Shown here: piece after piece, positions 20,649 through 32,600 of the stretch | Layout: every line of letters begins with the position of its first letter | Numbering within the stretch: the first letter of the stretch is position 1 | NCBI GenBank assembly: GCA_964200075.2 | Contig: CAXNAA020000021.1 | Location: 1-35,892 of the forward strand | Source of the DNA: Sphacelaria rigidula | Lineage: Eukaryota | Reading direction: 5' to 3' | Length of the DNA stretch: 35,892 nucleotides | The notes under the pieces: model-generated | Databases searched by the model: none | Seen by the model: the letters and a program-made list of their open reading frames with translations, nothing else | Told to the model about the DNA's origin: nothing | Program-made: the position numbers and the translations under genes

Positions 20649-22153
20649 CTAAATCGGTTGGTTAAACGACCCCCAGCACGTCAACTGCTGCAGCGAGGCT
20701 GGCCATGTCACACGCCCAATCGGCTGGTTAAATGACCCCCGGAATGACAACTGCTGCAGCAAGACAGGCCACGCCACACGCTCAATCGGCTGGTTGAAGT
20801 TGCCAACAAACGTCAACTGCTGCAGCGAGGCAGGCCATACCACCAGCTCGATCGGCTGATTAAATGACCCCCGGAATGACAACTGCTGCAGCGAGGCAGG
20901 CCATACCACAAGCTCGATCGGCTGGTCGAACGTGTTCCCAAACGTCAACTCCTGCAGCGAGGCAGGCCATGTCACACGTCCAATCGGCTGGTTAAATGAC
21001 CCCCCCACTGACAACTCCTGCAGCAAGACAGGCCATGCCACACGCTCGATCGGCTGGTTGAAGTCGCCAACAAACATCAACTGCTGCAGCGAGGCAGGCC
21101 ACGCCACACGATCAATCGGCCGGTTGAAGTTGCCAACAAACGTCAACTGCTGCAGCGAGGCAGGCCATGTCACACGCTTGATCGGCTGGTTGAAGTCGCC
21201 AACAAACGTCAACTGCTGCAGCGAGGCAGGCCATACCACCAGCTCGATCGGCTGGTCGAACTTGTTCCCAAACGTCAACTCCTGCAGCGAGGCAGGCCAT
21301 GTCACACGTCCAATCGGCTGGTTAAATGACCCCCCGAATGACAACTCCTGCAGAAAGACAGGCCATGCCACACGCTCGATCGGCTGGTTGAAGTCGCCAA
21401 CAAACATCAACTGCTGCAGCGAGGCAGGCCACGCCACACGCTCAATCGGCTGGTTGAAGTTGCCAACAAACGTCAACTGCTGCAGCGAGGCAGGCCATAC
21501 CACCAGCTCGATCGGCTGGTCGAACTTGTTCCCAAACGTCAACTCCTGCAGCGAGGCAGGCCATGCCACACGCTCGACCGGCTGGTCGAATCTCCTCCTA
21601 AACACTACCTGCTTCAGCGAGGCAGGCCATGTCACACCCTCAATTGGCTGATTGAAGTCCGACCCAAATGCCAATTGCTGCAACGAGGCAGGCCAGGCCA
21701 CATTCTTGATCGATTGGTCGAATTTGCTCCGTCCAGACGAGCTACCCCCAAACGAGATACGTCTAAGCCGCGTCGGCCATATCACATCATCAAGATCGGC
21801 GTTGAAATCGCTGTCAAATTCCATAAATTCAACATTCGCCAAAACGTTGGTCTCCCGAGACATGCGCTCGATATCGGCACACGCCGTCCATACAACCCCG
21901 CGTGCTCGCAGCGACGGCACTTCAGTCTTATCGACACCGCTATCCATCGGAATCGATAACTGCTCGGCAGGAGCCGCCCACAGCCTTCGCGGTGTGTGTC
22001 TATCAACTGTCACGCATAATGTGCTGACGCCGCGGCAAGCTATGCAAAACTTCAGCGACGCCAGCTGTAAGTTCATCGTGGACAGGTACAACCCTCGCTC
22101 CGATGAAGCCATGTTGAGCGCGATGGTGAATGCATCCAGGCACAAGTTGCTAC
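20649..22153 (-). CDS. FNIP-repeat (22-aa LRR-like) protein, large coding exon
   Basis: Tandem WPASLQxLxFxxxFNQPIExVx units of 66 bp. A polypyrimidine tract and CAG acceptor lie at 22175-22154 directly upstream. The frame ends at a TAG within repeat 17. Confidence 0.85.
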
Positions 22154-22280
22154 CTGTATCAAGAGGGTAGGAAAGACAATCAACTGCATTTCACGTGAAT
22201 ACTGCCCAGCATAATACTCTGGCTCGGGTCAATATCTATCACGAATGGAATTGCTGAACATTGAGAGGATCGAACAATAT

Positions 22281-24204
22281 CCCAAGGTTGTGTTTTGTAG
22301 GGTACGGGTACGTTTGGTAGGGTGTGCGACTTACAGAACTCACAGAACTGCGGGGTACCGACCGGTATGGAAGTCTCGAAGATCCCTCAGAACCTGTGAA
22401 GTACCGTATTGATGCTATACAGAAACCCTTACTCAGGTAAATACTTCGCACAGATCGTGCAGAACTATCAGTGACTGGTACGGGAGGATTACAGCACATA
22501 CACAGCTGTCGGATAAGGAGACGAAAAGCTAACAGAACTCACAAAGCCTGTTGGTACGATAAAGACGAGAGTCAATTCCTGCTGTACATAAAACCCGTAC
22601 GCTACAGGAGATACCTTTGACTATAGGCTGGTTCAGGGTGAACGAACACATTGTACTCCCCAGCGATTTCTCCCCCTGGTTTCGAGTTGGACTCTGATTT
22701 TGTGCACATGGGTGCTCTGGGATATCGAGAAACTCTAAGTGAACGGGTTTTGTCTTCAATGACTTCGCCAAATATTCCGGTGCTAGGAGGTTTTGAGAGA
22801 ATAAAACGGAAAAGCCATTCTGACAGAGCTTCTGAATATCTCAGAGCACTCGTGTGAAGCATTTCAGAGTTCAACTCGGAAACCATGCGTATGTGTGGTG
22901 AAGTATACACCTGTACGTAGAATCCTTCAATCATTTTGTTACACTATGCTACCGATGTTTGTTCTCGTGCGCTTGGGCATCTCATCGACCATTTGGGATC
23001 AGCTCTTTGGGTTACGTGATCAAATTTTGTACAATCGTTCCTCGGACTACCTCTCGGCACGAGTGATTTCTTCATTTCGAGGCAATCTGTATCGGCTTCT
23101 TAGGGTATTCATATTGCGACCCCCGAAAGCTGGTGAAGAACGGGCAAACTTTCAAATATTCAACCATTTGATTTCCCCTTGTAGCACTCATACCTACCAA
23201 ACCGCCAAGTTTGGGGATGATCGTAGCGTTCCTACGACATCTACAACGAGGAACGTCAAGAGTCTCTCTGGGGTCTTTGATGCATAGTATTAGTGGGCAT
23301 CCGATGACGCCAAAACTCCACATCATCGATATACCACATTTTGGGGGTATAAAATCGATCCCATACGAATCGTTTCAAATCGGTTTCTTGCGTTAGATTC
23401 CCTGGCTCATTGCGGTTACTAAGATTAGATTCGTTGTCAGATTAGATACAATTCGTGCCCGGAATTTGAATTGCAATTCCGGAATAATTCGAAGATCCCT
23501 GATCCACCGAAACATGTGTCATCACCAGCGCCACAGCGAAGCGCGCAAAAAAACAATCTAGCCATGCTATCTATACTCATGGATGCCACTATGATACTAA
23601 CCATGTTTGTATCGGATCAGCTCCGCGTTCTGTGTTCAATGAGGGATAGATATTGGGCATTCACGTTGAACCGACCTGTATTCCGAAACCGTGCTTCGAT
23701 ACATGATGGCTTTGGCGCATAGTTGGGTTCGAATCTGACCTGGTTCTTCCATTTCAACCCCGGGATCCCCTGAGGACGGTTGACGAGATATAAAACACCG
23801 AGGCTGTTGTCTGCAGAGTCTGAGCACGTTCCGTGAGGTATGAGATTTCCAACACAACTAACGGAGCTGTGATATGAAATGTTTACGGCATATGCATAAT
23901 CCGTCCGACTAGTATGGAGGTTGTACAGCAACCCTTACCCACCGTCAGGATTTTTCACGAGGGAAACTTTTGTACGCATTTCCCAGAACTGTCGGATACC
24001 GGTACGGATTACTCACAGAACTCAAAGAACTGTCAAGTACAGGTACAACATGCTCGAAGATCCCCAAGAGTTCCAAGAACTCCAAGAACTGGCGGATACC
24101 GGCGCGAGAGGCTCACACGACTCACAAAACTGTCGTGCGCGGATAATACCCGAGTGAATACCCCGGATATACAAAACGCTCGTGCCGTACCGCATACCAC
24201 CTGG
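22281..24204. mobile_element. Putative TIR-type non-autonomous element with CAGAACT-rich arms
   Basis: CAATAT flanks both ends (22275-22280, 24205-24210). The termini are loosely inverted (CCCAAGGTTG..GGTACGG versus CCGTACC..CCACCTGG). Many (C/A)AGAACT, CTCGAAGATCCC and CTGTCGGATA motifs are shared between 22330-22560 and 23910-24170. Confidence 0.45.
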
Positions 24205-25904
24205 CAATATTCAATAAAATCTAGCCAGTCAGGGCGAAGGTTACACCTCCCACTTGGGGATGGCAGTAAACACATATTCGCGGCCATACAGTGGAGACAC
24301 AGAGATGACGACATGTGGAATTCTCTGGATGAGGTTGCTCCCGATGCGTCGGATCCTGGATTCCTGCTAGCGCAGAACTCAACACGCTGTTAGCCTTGGC
24401 AACACGCCTGACCCGTTCTGAAACTCTGATCGATCTGCTGTCTTCAGTTCCACCGTTTGGGGGAAAATTCAGAGCCAAATCACCCGGTTGGTCTGTGTGT
24501 GTGATAGGCGGAATATACACTCGTGACACCGCACGACCCTACAGCTTTGAAGAAAAACATCTCGGGCCCTCATTCTCGCTGAGGGTGAACAGCGTGGCAC
24601 ATGAGCTACGAATCCGTTGACAGACATGAGCTGAGTCTTGCTCAATTTATATGCTGTTCCGGACAAGACTTGATACAGAAAATCTAGCATTCTTCACAAC
24701 CCGCCACTGCCCAGGTGCACTTGAAAGATGGAGAACGTGGTGTTGTCATGCCGCATCCATTATTCATGCTTCTTGCAAACATTTGCATCTGAGAAGTGAT
24801 CAGGAAAGATTGAGCCTTTTCCCGTCAAAGCCCATACTATCAACCCTTTGGCCAACACTTTTCCACCGGTGATAGTCAACTCATTGCTTGCACCGGTGCA
24901 TCCAAACGAGCGTTTCGCCTTGCCAGGAGCCCTTCGCCCACTACTTCTCTTCACCATGACATGTTTTTAACTGGTGCATGTTAGGAGAGGGAAGGAAGAG
25001 TTACACAAAAATATCCCTCCATCTTATGTCGTTGGTGCGATACGGGTGTAAAGACAGTTTCACGGTTGTTATCGCCCATTTTCCGAACCACACAAGCCAT
25101 TTTATGGTCATTTGGCTATTGCGCTTTACAGAGATGGAACATGGCAAACCTCGAACAGTACGATTGTGCGCGAAACGACCGCGGTTGTTTGAATCGATCT
25201 GAACCATAGCAGTAGCGAGCTGTGTACCCATACGGCCGCTGACGAATGCTACCTCCACCTTCCCCCTACACTCGCCGAAAACACCACCGCGCTTCGCGCT
25301 TGGTGATTGAGTGCGGTGGACATGGTCCGGCGAAAACCCGGCGTGCTCCGCCCCGGCTTTGTAGGGATGCGAGGTCAATGGTCATATGACTATGGCATGC
25401 ATAATCATGACTACACCCCCCCCTCCCCCTCCCCTCACAGATGGAAACAGGGGGGCTACGCCACACCTGGGGTTCAAAACAATTTTGCATTGACACTACG
25501 AGCTGGGCCGGCAGTAAATCTCACATTCTCTCGCCGCACTACAACTTCTCAAGTTTCCCAAATCAGCGCGACTTGAGCATATCGCTGTGAACTGCACACT
25601 AACCTGTAACGCACGGCACCGCCGCTGCTTGATTGGCGAAGTTTTGGCGATGATGCTACTGAACTGCGTTTAGTATAAGGTACATCTCTTCCCGTCTCGT
25701 GACGAAGTGTCTGGAGATGCTTCGTTTCACAAAATGCGGTGAAATTACGATAGAGACCCGTTGCACCGCGTAGGCACACGCACACCCGACATGCCCAGGT
25801 AAGAGCACACTTGTAGCGCTGCAAGATGGCATCAAGCTCGTCATAGGCTCCGTAATGGGACAGAACCTCCGAACCAACTGTCGTATATCACCGCACGAAA
25901 GAGA

Positions 25905-26093
25905 AGTACTACTTGAAACTGCGCTATACCCCCCCAAAAGCGAGACCGTCACCAAAATATCGAGACCCTTTGCAACCCAGAAGTACGAGAGAGTATGCAC
26001 GATTAGTGTGCACACATTTGTTTCGTCGTGTCAGGATTCGAACTCGTGACCTGTGTAATTTGAGGCTGTTGTATCAGTTCGACCACCGGGGTC
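25905..26093 (-). mobile_element. tRNA-derived SINE (second family)
   Basis: Minus strand GACCCCGGTGGTCGAACTG (A-box-like) and GAGTTCGAATCC (B box, 26034-26045). The 3' part GGGGGGT..CAGTTTCAAGT resembles the retroposon tail at 27065-27129. The 3' boundary is approximate. Confidence 0.65.
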
Positions 26094-26513
26094 ACACAGA
26101 GAGCGCGACGCGAAGCCCAATTCGACGAAGTTTTGGCTGAACCTTTACAAGGATGTGGTTGACGCGAGCGCCGTTATGTCCCGGAGCGTTTTCATTGTTT
26201 TTGCTAATTTTTAGGAAGTTATAGAATTTTTCCTGTATTCGAGAGTTTCGGAAAACGTTTTTTCAAATCTTAGAGTCAGAGTGGAAGGAAAAAAAGCCGG
26301 TAACGGTGCACTTTCCGCGATCAAGTTTCTTTCAGAGCGACATGTTTCAGAGTCAGAGGGCCGTTTGCACCACTTCCCTCTGAAAACCGTTGTTCCTCTT
26401 CAGAGCTCATAGCGGGATGAAGAAGAACCACGCCCACCTGCACCGCCATGGTCACGTCCAGTCCAAAGTCAACACACCCTAACCAGCGAAGTGGGACGTT
26501 CATCATCCATCAA

Positions 26514-27860
26514 AACTGCCATACTCATCACAATGGGCCATTCACAAGTAGAAAGGCTTGGCATGGCAATCAGAAGACCTCCCTGACGCCGCCATGGTAT
26601 CGGCATTCACTTGGTTGTGTTGCGTGGATATCCCAGTGCTCGACGGGCACACGTTGACTTGGGTGCAGTTCCTTACTCTTGCCACCCTCAGCTGGAAGAA
26701 GACGGTGGGGACGGTTCGTAGTCTACAGCGCACAAGCAGTACTACCCCTGGCTGTATTCCCATGCCGTAGGAGATCATGAGGGTCTTGCACCACCTCGAT
26801 GGGTGGCATGCGGAGAAATCATGGCAATGTGGCCGAGGTCTGCTGTTTGAAAGTGCTGCGTACCGTACTGTCTGTACAAAAGTTGTTTGTACAACTGACT
26901 CTCCGCACGGTATGGCTGTACAGCATAATAGTTAGGATTAGAGTGGACGGAGACTCGTAACTGTCATCCTCATCACAATGAACCAGTCACGAAGTAGGAA
27001 CGCTTTGCATCGCAACTAGAAGACCTCCCTGACGCTGCCACGGTATCAGCATCCGCTTGGTTGTTCAGGTTGCTTGATTGATTGTCGCACTTGAACTGAC
27101 CCCCCAGGGGTCCAGCCGTGGTCTCATGAGGTTGTGCTAAGTGAAAATTCAAATGCTCGGCGGATACAGGCCGTTGCCTTGGGTGCAGTTCCTCATTTTT
27201 GCCAGCCTCAGCTGTAAGAAGATGGTGTGAACGATTCGTAGTCTACAACGCACAAGCAGTACTACACCTGGCTGCATTGCCATTTCGTTAGAGGTCATGA
27301 CTTCTTGCATCACACTTATGGGTGGCATGTTGGGAAATCATCACGATGCGTCCTTGCCTGTTGCTTGAAAGTACTGCCTACTACTACTGTGCTGTTGTGG
27401 TGCTGTATTACTGCACAACTGACTGTACGGCATCGCTGTAGTTCACCGTACCGCGATGTACTGCTGTAGGGTTCTGCATTGCACTCTCTATACTGCACTG
27501 GCTGTACTCTACACTGCACAACCCCTACGGCACTACAGTACCCTGTGTTGCACCGTGGTGGATTGCAGTACTACAGGTGCAATGATACGTGGTGTACGGC
27601 ACGTACGGTGCCGCAGGGTATGGTACAGCAAATGCTGTCTTGACTGGTGCATTTTCGGACTGCACCAGACTGGACGCTGGGCGATCGCACATTTAGGTGG
27701 CGGCACAACCTGCGGCCAATCACTGCGGGAAAAAAAAGTCCACATCAAGCCACGTCACATCAGCTTCCGCGATGAACATTTTAGCGTCCACTCTGAAGTT
27801 TCGGCGCTTCTACTCTGCACCCTGACTTCATGATCAGAAACAAAATCTGCCGAAACTCTC
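26514..27860. repeat. Two tandem copies of the host repeat (partial 26514-26915; long 26958-27860)
   Basis: Both align to 6112-6508. The second runs on through the sites occupied by the LTR elements and the SINE in the left copy. Confidence 0.9.
27065..27129 (-). mobile_element. 5'-truncated non-LTR retroposon 3' end (65 bp)
   Basis: Absent from the other two host copies; TSD GGTTGT (27059-27064, 27130-27135); minus-strand tail CAATCAATCAAGCAAC. Confidence 0.75.
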
Positions 27861-29599
27861 TATTTGCTGAAACTTCAACTCGCTCTAACTTCCTGGGTTT
27901 CTTTCCCCCTCTGCACATTACCTACAAGGTTGCGCGGATTGATAAAAATGTCGTGTAACATTTTCAGCACCCATCTCTTCGAATCGTCAATCGCATCTCC
28001 ACTCTTCGTCCAAAAATCACTGATGGCCGGCCCAGCTCGTCAACAGAAAACCTCGTTTCATCAGCATGTGGATTACGATACATGTAGGGGATCGTCCCAG
28101 ATAACTCCTCACAGGCTTTGAGCCACACGTCAAGTGTGTGAAGCCGGTATATATGTTGTACGTCTTTGCCGAGCAGGTTTGAGTTTTCGTGGGTAAATGT
28201 TCTCGTGTTTCGCACCTAGCGCACGCTGGCAGCCGCCACTGCTGCGATATACACCACGACGAACACCCTCTCCCCCTACCTGTGCTCATGCAACTGTTTT
28301 GGAACCTCCAGGTAGGGGTGGTACACCTTGAGCCTGTGTTGATCTAGCACGGGTGTCGGTTCATCCTAACTGTATATTGTGTTCTTGCTACCTGTACCGT
28401 ATGTGCGCTCAAACCCTTTCATCGGCGGCTCAATGCAACAGTATGCAACAGCCAGCGTGTCTCCACTCTTTACTCAACACAGTCTCTTGCCGGGGTAACG
28501 TTAGCATACCCCGGGTGTGTTTGATCTTGAGCGCGTGGCGCGTTGTTTCAACTGTTTGAAGTGCGAATCGCTCACGAAACATGTACCAAGTAGTAGAAAG
28601 CAATAAAACGACGTATCCCGGCCTTTTCCAAATGGAAATATCACGCTAGCCAGTCAGAAACAGGGGATTCATCCGGTCGGTCGTAGATGAACACAGAAGC
28701 GCAGAATACCATCTGAGCACCCTTGTTCCGTAGGTTCTTGTGAGCAACAATTGCCTCTTCACCCACAACAGCGCACGGAGCAATAGTTTGTTGAATCATT
28801 CCCAGGGACTTTTCAGTTGAATATGATGCCGATTCCAGATGCGGACATCCAAGCGGTAAAAGGCTTGCAAAAGGTGTGGCGTGTGAAGGTTTACAATCAT
28901 GAGAGATGGTGCCCATCTTTTGTGCAGAGAGACTCAGAGGATGTCGATCCACGGCGTGCCGTGATCGAGATTGCCCTGCTCGTGCCACCGCGCTTCTATC
29001 GTTTGAACACATCCTGCTCCAAAACCGAAATGTGCTTCCCGCATTTCCATTTGTGGTTTCGCGAGTTCAGAACCCTACCCGTTGATCGGAGAGTCTACGG
29101 GTTTGTGGCATGTGTATGCTTTCAAGATTGAAGGCACAGAAGCAGTTCGGCAAGTTTCACTTTTTTCAATCTGCGTGCCTCTGCGTGCTGCCGTGTTCAC
29201 GACGAGGCTGCAGCTCTCCTTGGTGCACGGAAGTGCAGAAGACAGTGATGCGCGGGCTTTTGTGAAACGAGTGCGCCCTGCCTGTGCAACCACATGTTGT
29301 TATCGTTTGAACCATCCTTGCGTAAAACCGAATGTGCTCCCTGCACTAGGCCGACTGTAATGCCCTCAACCAAGTAGATACCACTTGGTAGAATGACTAA
29401 TGGATGGTTTTACTCGATTTCAGTGTGAATAGTGCCATGCGAATCTCAAGAGGAGCCTACAATTGCAGGTGCTTAAGCGTGTGCAAAAATGCATGCGTAT
29501 CTTTATCGGCGTCGATGAAGGGTAGTTGAGGTCTACAAACCCCACACTTTGCCTACGGAAAACTTTGCAACACGCTCGTCCCAGCATTGTCGTGTACCT

Positions 29600-29635
29600 T
29601 GGTTGGGGTAGGTTTAGGGTTAGGGTCCGGGTTAG
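29600..29635 (+). repeat. Short degenerate interstitial TTAGGG tract
   Basis: GGTTGGGGTAGGTTTAGGGTTAGGGTCCGGGTTAG. Confidence 0.7.
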
Positions 29636-32600
29636 CTCCACGGTACGTCAAAATGTTTCTTTGAAGAGTTATCATACCAAGTTCAAACAGCCGGTGTGTC
29701 GGAAAGTCGTGGCGTTCTGTCTTTGTCATCCGTTGACTTGGCATCATCTTCACTCGAGTAATAATCGTGAGACGCAGGGTGTTCACCACGGCGGTCAAAG
29801 AGTTACAGGCACTTACTTGAACATGCAACATAGAGGTTTGGAGGTGTACGTAGCCCGCACAGTTTCTGGAGCCCCACGCGATTGTGCCCGAGCGTTGTAC
29901 AATGCAGTACAGTTCACAACAGGCTTGTTATTTCCCTCACTTTCCCCTGTGTACCTTCCCTCCGTTCATGAGTATCAGCAAGAGTAACATTGTCGAAGTG
30001 CATAACATATCGACACACGGATGTAGCGAGACAACGTTACTCCGACTCAGACCTCTCGCTCAAAGGTTTCTCCTAGCTCCTCTCGTCTGTGTTTTTTTTC
30101 TCTTGGCTTTATTGAGGCCGGCGGGTTGGTTGCAAGCCTCCTGCGGAGTGTCGACTTTGCCTGACCAACGTTCCTCGGCGACGTGCACGATTCGTGCAAA
30201 TATTGCTACGTTGTGTGCTCCATATCCTCATGCAGGAGCCCATGACCTCGTCACGGCACGTCATGCGCTCACATCACAAGCCGGATAATGACTGAAAATT
30301 GATGTTTTGAGGGTACACTCTGAAATGATTTGAAAAAAGAGGTTATGGGCCCCTCTCTGTCAGCGGTAAGAAGACGTCTACACCCTCCGTATAGAGAGAG
30401 GCGTAGCCTCAAGTCACAAAGGTCACATCAAAACGATGCAGTCTAAACCTTTATGACTTGTCTACGTCTAGAAAAAATATCGTCGCGCAGTCCGGACACT
30501 TTTCGGAGGCTAACACCCCCCCCGGTTCGCCCCCCAAACTGTACTTTTTTTCATTATCCTCTCTGTAATGTACCACCGCTGCTGCATGATGAAGCGAGGG
30601 AAATCAGTAGTCCCTCTGTTACGTAAGTACCGCACGTCGTTTTTGACTGTATCTCATGTTCCTAAGCAGTTCACTGGCCGTTGATGGGATTCATAGGGAG
30701 AAGATGTTGTGGAGATGAAGTGCCAACCTTGAACGTTTCATCATGAGAAGCGCCTATGGTCCAATCGAGTTTCCAGATTTTTCATCGATGCCACGAGCAA
30801 AGATGTGCAAGGGTGTGTAGTGGGGTCTACCCCGTGCCCCGGGTTCTTATGCAGTCGTACTTTTCGGTACTCAAAATAGTGGGTGTGGTATTGATATCGT
30901 ATCCAACTCAAGGAAACATTCGAGTAGAGTATTGAGGTCACACCCAACCCTACGCAAACTTTGAGCGGACTATTGAGGCCATACCCGAGTGATACTCCAC
31001 ACTCGGCAACTCCGAGAGTACTTACTCGACCATGGGTGGGGTAGAGCAACGAGATAATGCTCGGCGCTACCCAAACCTTCGGCAGAGTAAGTACAGGGGT
31101 GGTTAGAAGTATACAACTATTATACCAGACACGTCGGTCGTAACTTACATACCTACCCGTGGTTCCGAAGACCCGTATTGGTGCATCTGCTGACCCTTCA
31201 CACAGTATCAACGCTATGTTCGTTGTATGGCATTTTTGAGTTCTCAGAGCTTCACGCTCTAGGCATCACAAACCACCGACACTACTGGGCAGTGCCGTCA
31301 GTACACCGTAGGAATGGAGAGGACAAGACAGTAGTTCGATGCGTAAAACCTCTCCGCACTAGTGTGTAAACAGCGCAATAAACTGCCAGTTGACAACGTC
31401 GAAGGGAATCTCATTGTCGAGTTTCTTTTTTGTTGAGTTTACAAGCCACGTGTCGACACCACACGCTATATACCTGAGCCACTGTATAGACAGCGCAGTC
31501 AAGTGTGTTTTAGCAGGGGACAGGATAGGACGAAAGTACAACAAATACGTGAGACTGATGTTTCAAGTTACACTGTTTACTCTCGTACAGACGACGTGCT
31601 GCAGTGTCCTGTACCACAGTACTCACTGCACTTCAGTAGCAGTTTTCGGTACGGTGTGACCTGTGCTGTCGCCCATCTTTACTCCGTATCAATCCACCTA
31701 CTCAAATCCACGCAAGAAGGCGATGGGCGATCTGTGCTGAAAACGGAAATCTGACAACAATCCAGAGTTATCATTTGTGGGGCGGTGAAAATACACATTT
31801 CCCTCCGCTGGTGATCATCATTCACCGTCACAAGTCAAGTCAGTCGATGGAGTGACGTCACACCAGTTGTCAGGTTCGCTGGGATTACTAATCCACGGGT
31901 GAGAGCTTTCATTCAATCCGCTCCTCGACTGGCTCGGCGAAGTATTCCCAGGATACATCTGTCAATAAATGGATAAGGGTTCTCGATGAGACGAGATATC
32001 ACCCTTAGTAAAGTTCTGGACATTCAATCTGGCGAAAATGTTGCTCCTCTTGTAGTCGGTCAACCCTGCAACGGTGATGAAACGGCTGGTACATGGCCTA
32101 TCCGCACCTCACGCTTCTTGGTGCGACGCGCAGAGGTCGTGTTGGGATGGTTCAACCACGCAGAGAACAAGCGTGATCGGGTACGATCCAGTACGGCAAA
32201 GACGTCACGCGGTCTACTCATGAAACGGGATAAGTGCTACCCAATCAGAACTGCAGAGTTAGCCCTTCGTCTCCATTTGTAGCGTGGACAGAAGGTCACA
32301 TGGATAGCGCCCCGTCAAAGTGACCTTCCTTAGTGTCCGAGATTCCAGCAGACGTTTGGCGACTTCTGGCAGCGAAATAGCACCCCTTGGTCCGACGAAT
32401 GAAGACCAAAGACGTGCAAGATCGCACAAGCCTTCTACATCCACAAACGTGCTTGCATCGTTTCGCGCACTCCGGCGAGTCGGAGAGGCGTATATGAATT
32501 TGCGCGTATTTTTGCTATAAAAGTCAAAGTTGAATTGTAAACGGGGGTGCCGGAACCTTGGAACGTAGTGGGGGCGCCTCATTCCAAGGCGGTATGATGT

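Noticed and set aside
20200-21651. Plus-strand repeat ORFs (NCCSEAGH..IGWL)
   Set aside because: Antisense reading of the FNIP repeats, open only because the 66-bp unit lacks stops on that strand. The array is coding, not CRISPR.
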